A DNA stretch of 64,000 bases, from the NCBI RefSeq assembly GCF_963921235.1, contig NC_086114.1, forward strand, positions 27,900,001 to 27,964,000. The letters run 5' to 3'. Numbering within the stretch: position 1 is the stretch's first letter; every line of letters starts with the position of its first letter. Origin of the DNA: Mobula hypostoma (taxonomy: Eukaryota). Below the pieces are notes generated by a model, which was given only the letters and a program-made list of their open reading frames with translations, did no database searches and was not told where the DNA came from. Both the position numbers and the translations under genes were made by a program. Positions 62,660-64,000 of the stretch are shown piece after piece.

Positions 62660-63799
62660 CTGGAATAAGCCAATTAAAAAGTTCTGTGATTTGAGGCCCC
62701 ATTTCTAGGAATCGTGCTGGTGTCCCAACTTCATTATTTTACACCATTTTTATCCCCTTCACATGAAACAAATGAATCCTAATCTCATGGAACAAAAAGC
62801 TGCCTAAGTTTTACTTGGAAAAAATGAATTTCTCATCCCGTTCAGCCAGACATGATCTGTGCTTGGCTGGGCTGTTACTTTCAGAGCAATACAATCAGCC
62901 AATCCAGAGTAAAATACTGAGAATTTTCCAGTAGGAGTGCACCCAGTGACAAATGAGTTTCAGCAAGTGAAGCTGGTTTTTAATGTGTTGTGCTAAAATT
63001 CAGCCTGAAAACTGGCCAAACCCCTTTATCTGGGGGGTGGGGGTTAGTTTGATACCATTACACATTGCTGAAAATTGCACCAATTCAGGCTGCTGTTAGA
63101 AATACAAAGGCACAAAACACATCATTAGTTCTTTTCCGAATATGTACCTACAATGTATAAGGTATATATAATTTATTCCATTGTGACCATTGTACACCAA
63201 TGAAGCCAATAAATGGTTAAATTGAATTCATAAAGTCAACTTTGATTATTAAGAATTGTACCAAAGGTTGTAATACTGATTAAAAATGCTCAATTTTGTA
63301 AAAAATCATTTTCTGCTGTATTAATAAAATTGCATTTTAAATATATAATTACTTTTAAAAAAATATATACATTTATTCATTACATTCTAATCCATTATCC
63401 AATTGAGTTGGTCCATGCCTAAGCTTTTCATTTGTCAATATACAACTATACTTAGGTAAAGACTCAAGCGCAGCACAATCACTTCTAAAAACATTTGTAA
63501 TTTTTTCCTAGATTACCAACTATCCTGGAAGTATAAATAGTAGGTCAACATGAACAAACTCATCATTCAGAGGTGGGGTCAGTCCAAACTGAGAAATTGC
63601 TACCAGTGACTGATCATACACAACCAGGAATAGTTCCATTTTTCAACAATTCTGTTACTGATCATTAATTGACAAGTGTCTTCAAAACCCATCTAGGCTG
63701 AACAAGGTCAGTGCAGAATATTGACATACTTAAAGAATCAAAATGACCTGAAGCTTGTCAGGTTAAAAAAGTGTCAACTATTTACTTGAGGTACCGCTA

Positions 63800-64000
63800 A
63801 GTACATCTTTACCTCTCCTCCCCTCCCCCCCACCCACTCTCTGCATTCCGCAGGGTTCGCTCTTTCCGTGACTTCCTTGTTCATCCAACCCTCCTGATAC
63901 TTAGCCCTGCAAGCGGCACAAGTACTACATATTCCCATTCATCTCCTCCCTCGCCATCATTCAGGACTTAAACAATCCATTCAGGTGAGGCGAGTCAAGA
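63800..64000 (+). mobile_element. Penelope-like element fragment (region preceding the GIY-YIG endonuclease)
   Basis: Degenerate AFRRxRSxRDxLVH followed by PCKRHKYYIFP...AIIQ...QSIQVR. Confidence 0.55.

Noticed and set aside
62660-64000. First PDZ exon of SYNPO2L (GGAPWGFRL-type)
   Set aside because: Not found. It presumably lies beyond the window end.

Overview
Vertebrate genomic DNA. The repeat content (CR1, Rex1/Babar, Penelope-like termini, V-SINEs, Tc1) suggests a cartilaginous fish, probably a ray; this is inference. Two muscle Z-disc genes lie in tandem on the minus strand. SYNPO2L (CHAP) has three coding exons of the long PDZ isoform (62659-62508, 61708-60843, 53181-50546); its first exon is presumably beyond the window end. 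MYOZ1 (myozenin-1/calsarcin-2) is complete, with 5 coding exons (32161-32086, 31482-31313, 19579-19318, 15757-15571, 6840-6609; 927 nt, 308 aa). I checked all junctions by hand: they are GT-AG and phase-consistent. The best observations not shown by the ORF track: (1) a hidden 100-nt alternative first coding exon in a SYNPO2L intron that would give a PDZ-less CHAPb-like isoform; (2) a Ser-Pro heptad repeat expansion in the SYNPO2L terminal exon; (3) a four-level nest of transposons at 1.1-5.0 kb; (4) a degenerate TGTCAC-rich tract between the genes that is repeatedly interrupted by Tx1-like LINE tails, one of which carries a young Harbinger-type MITE. No prokaryotic systems, CRISPR arrays or RNA genes were found. 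Repeat boundaries are approximate unless a TSD or TIR is quoted.
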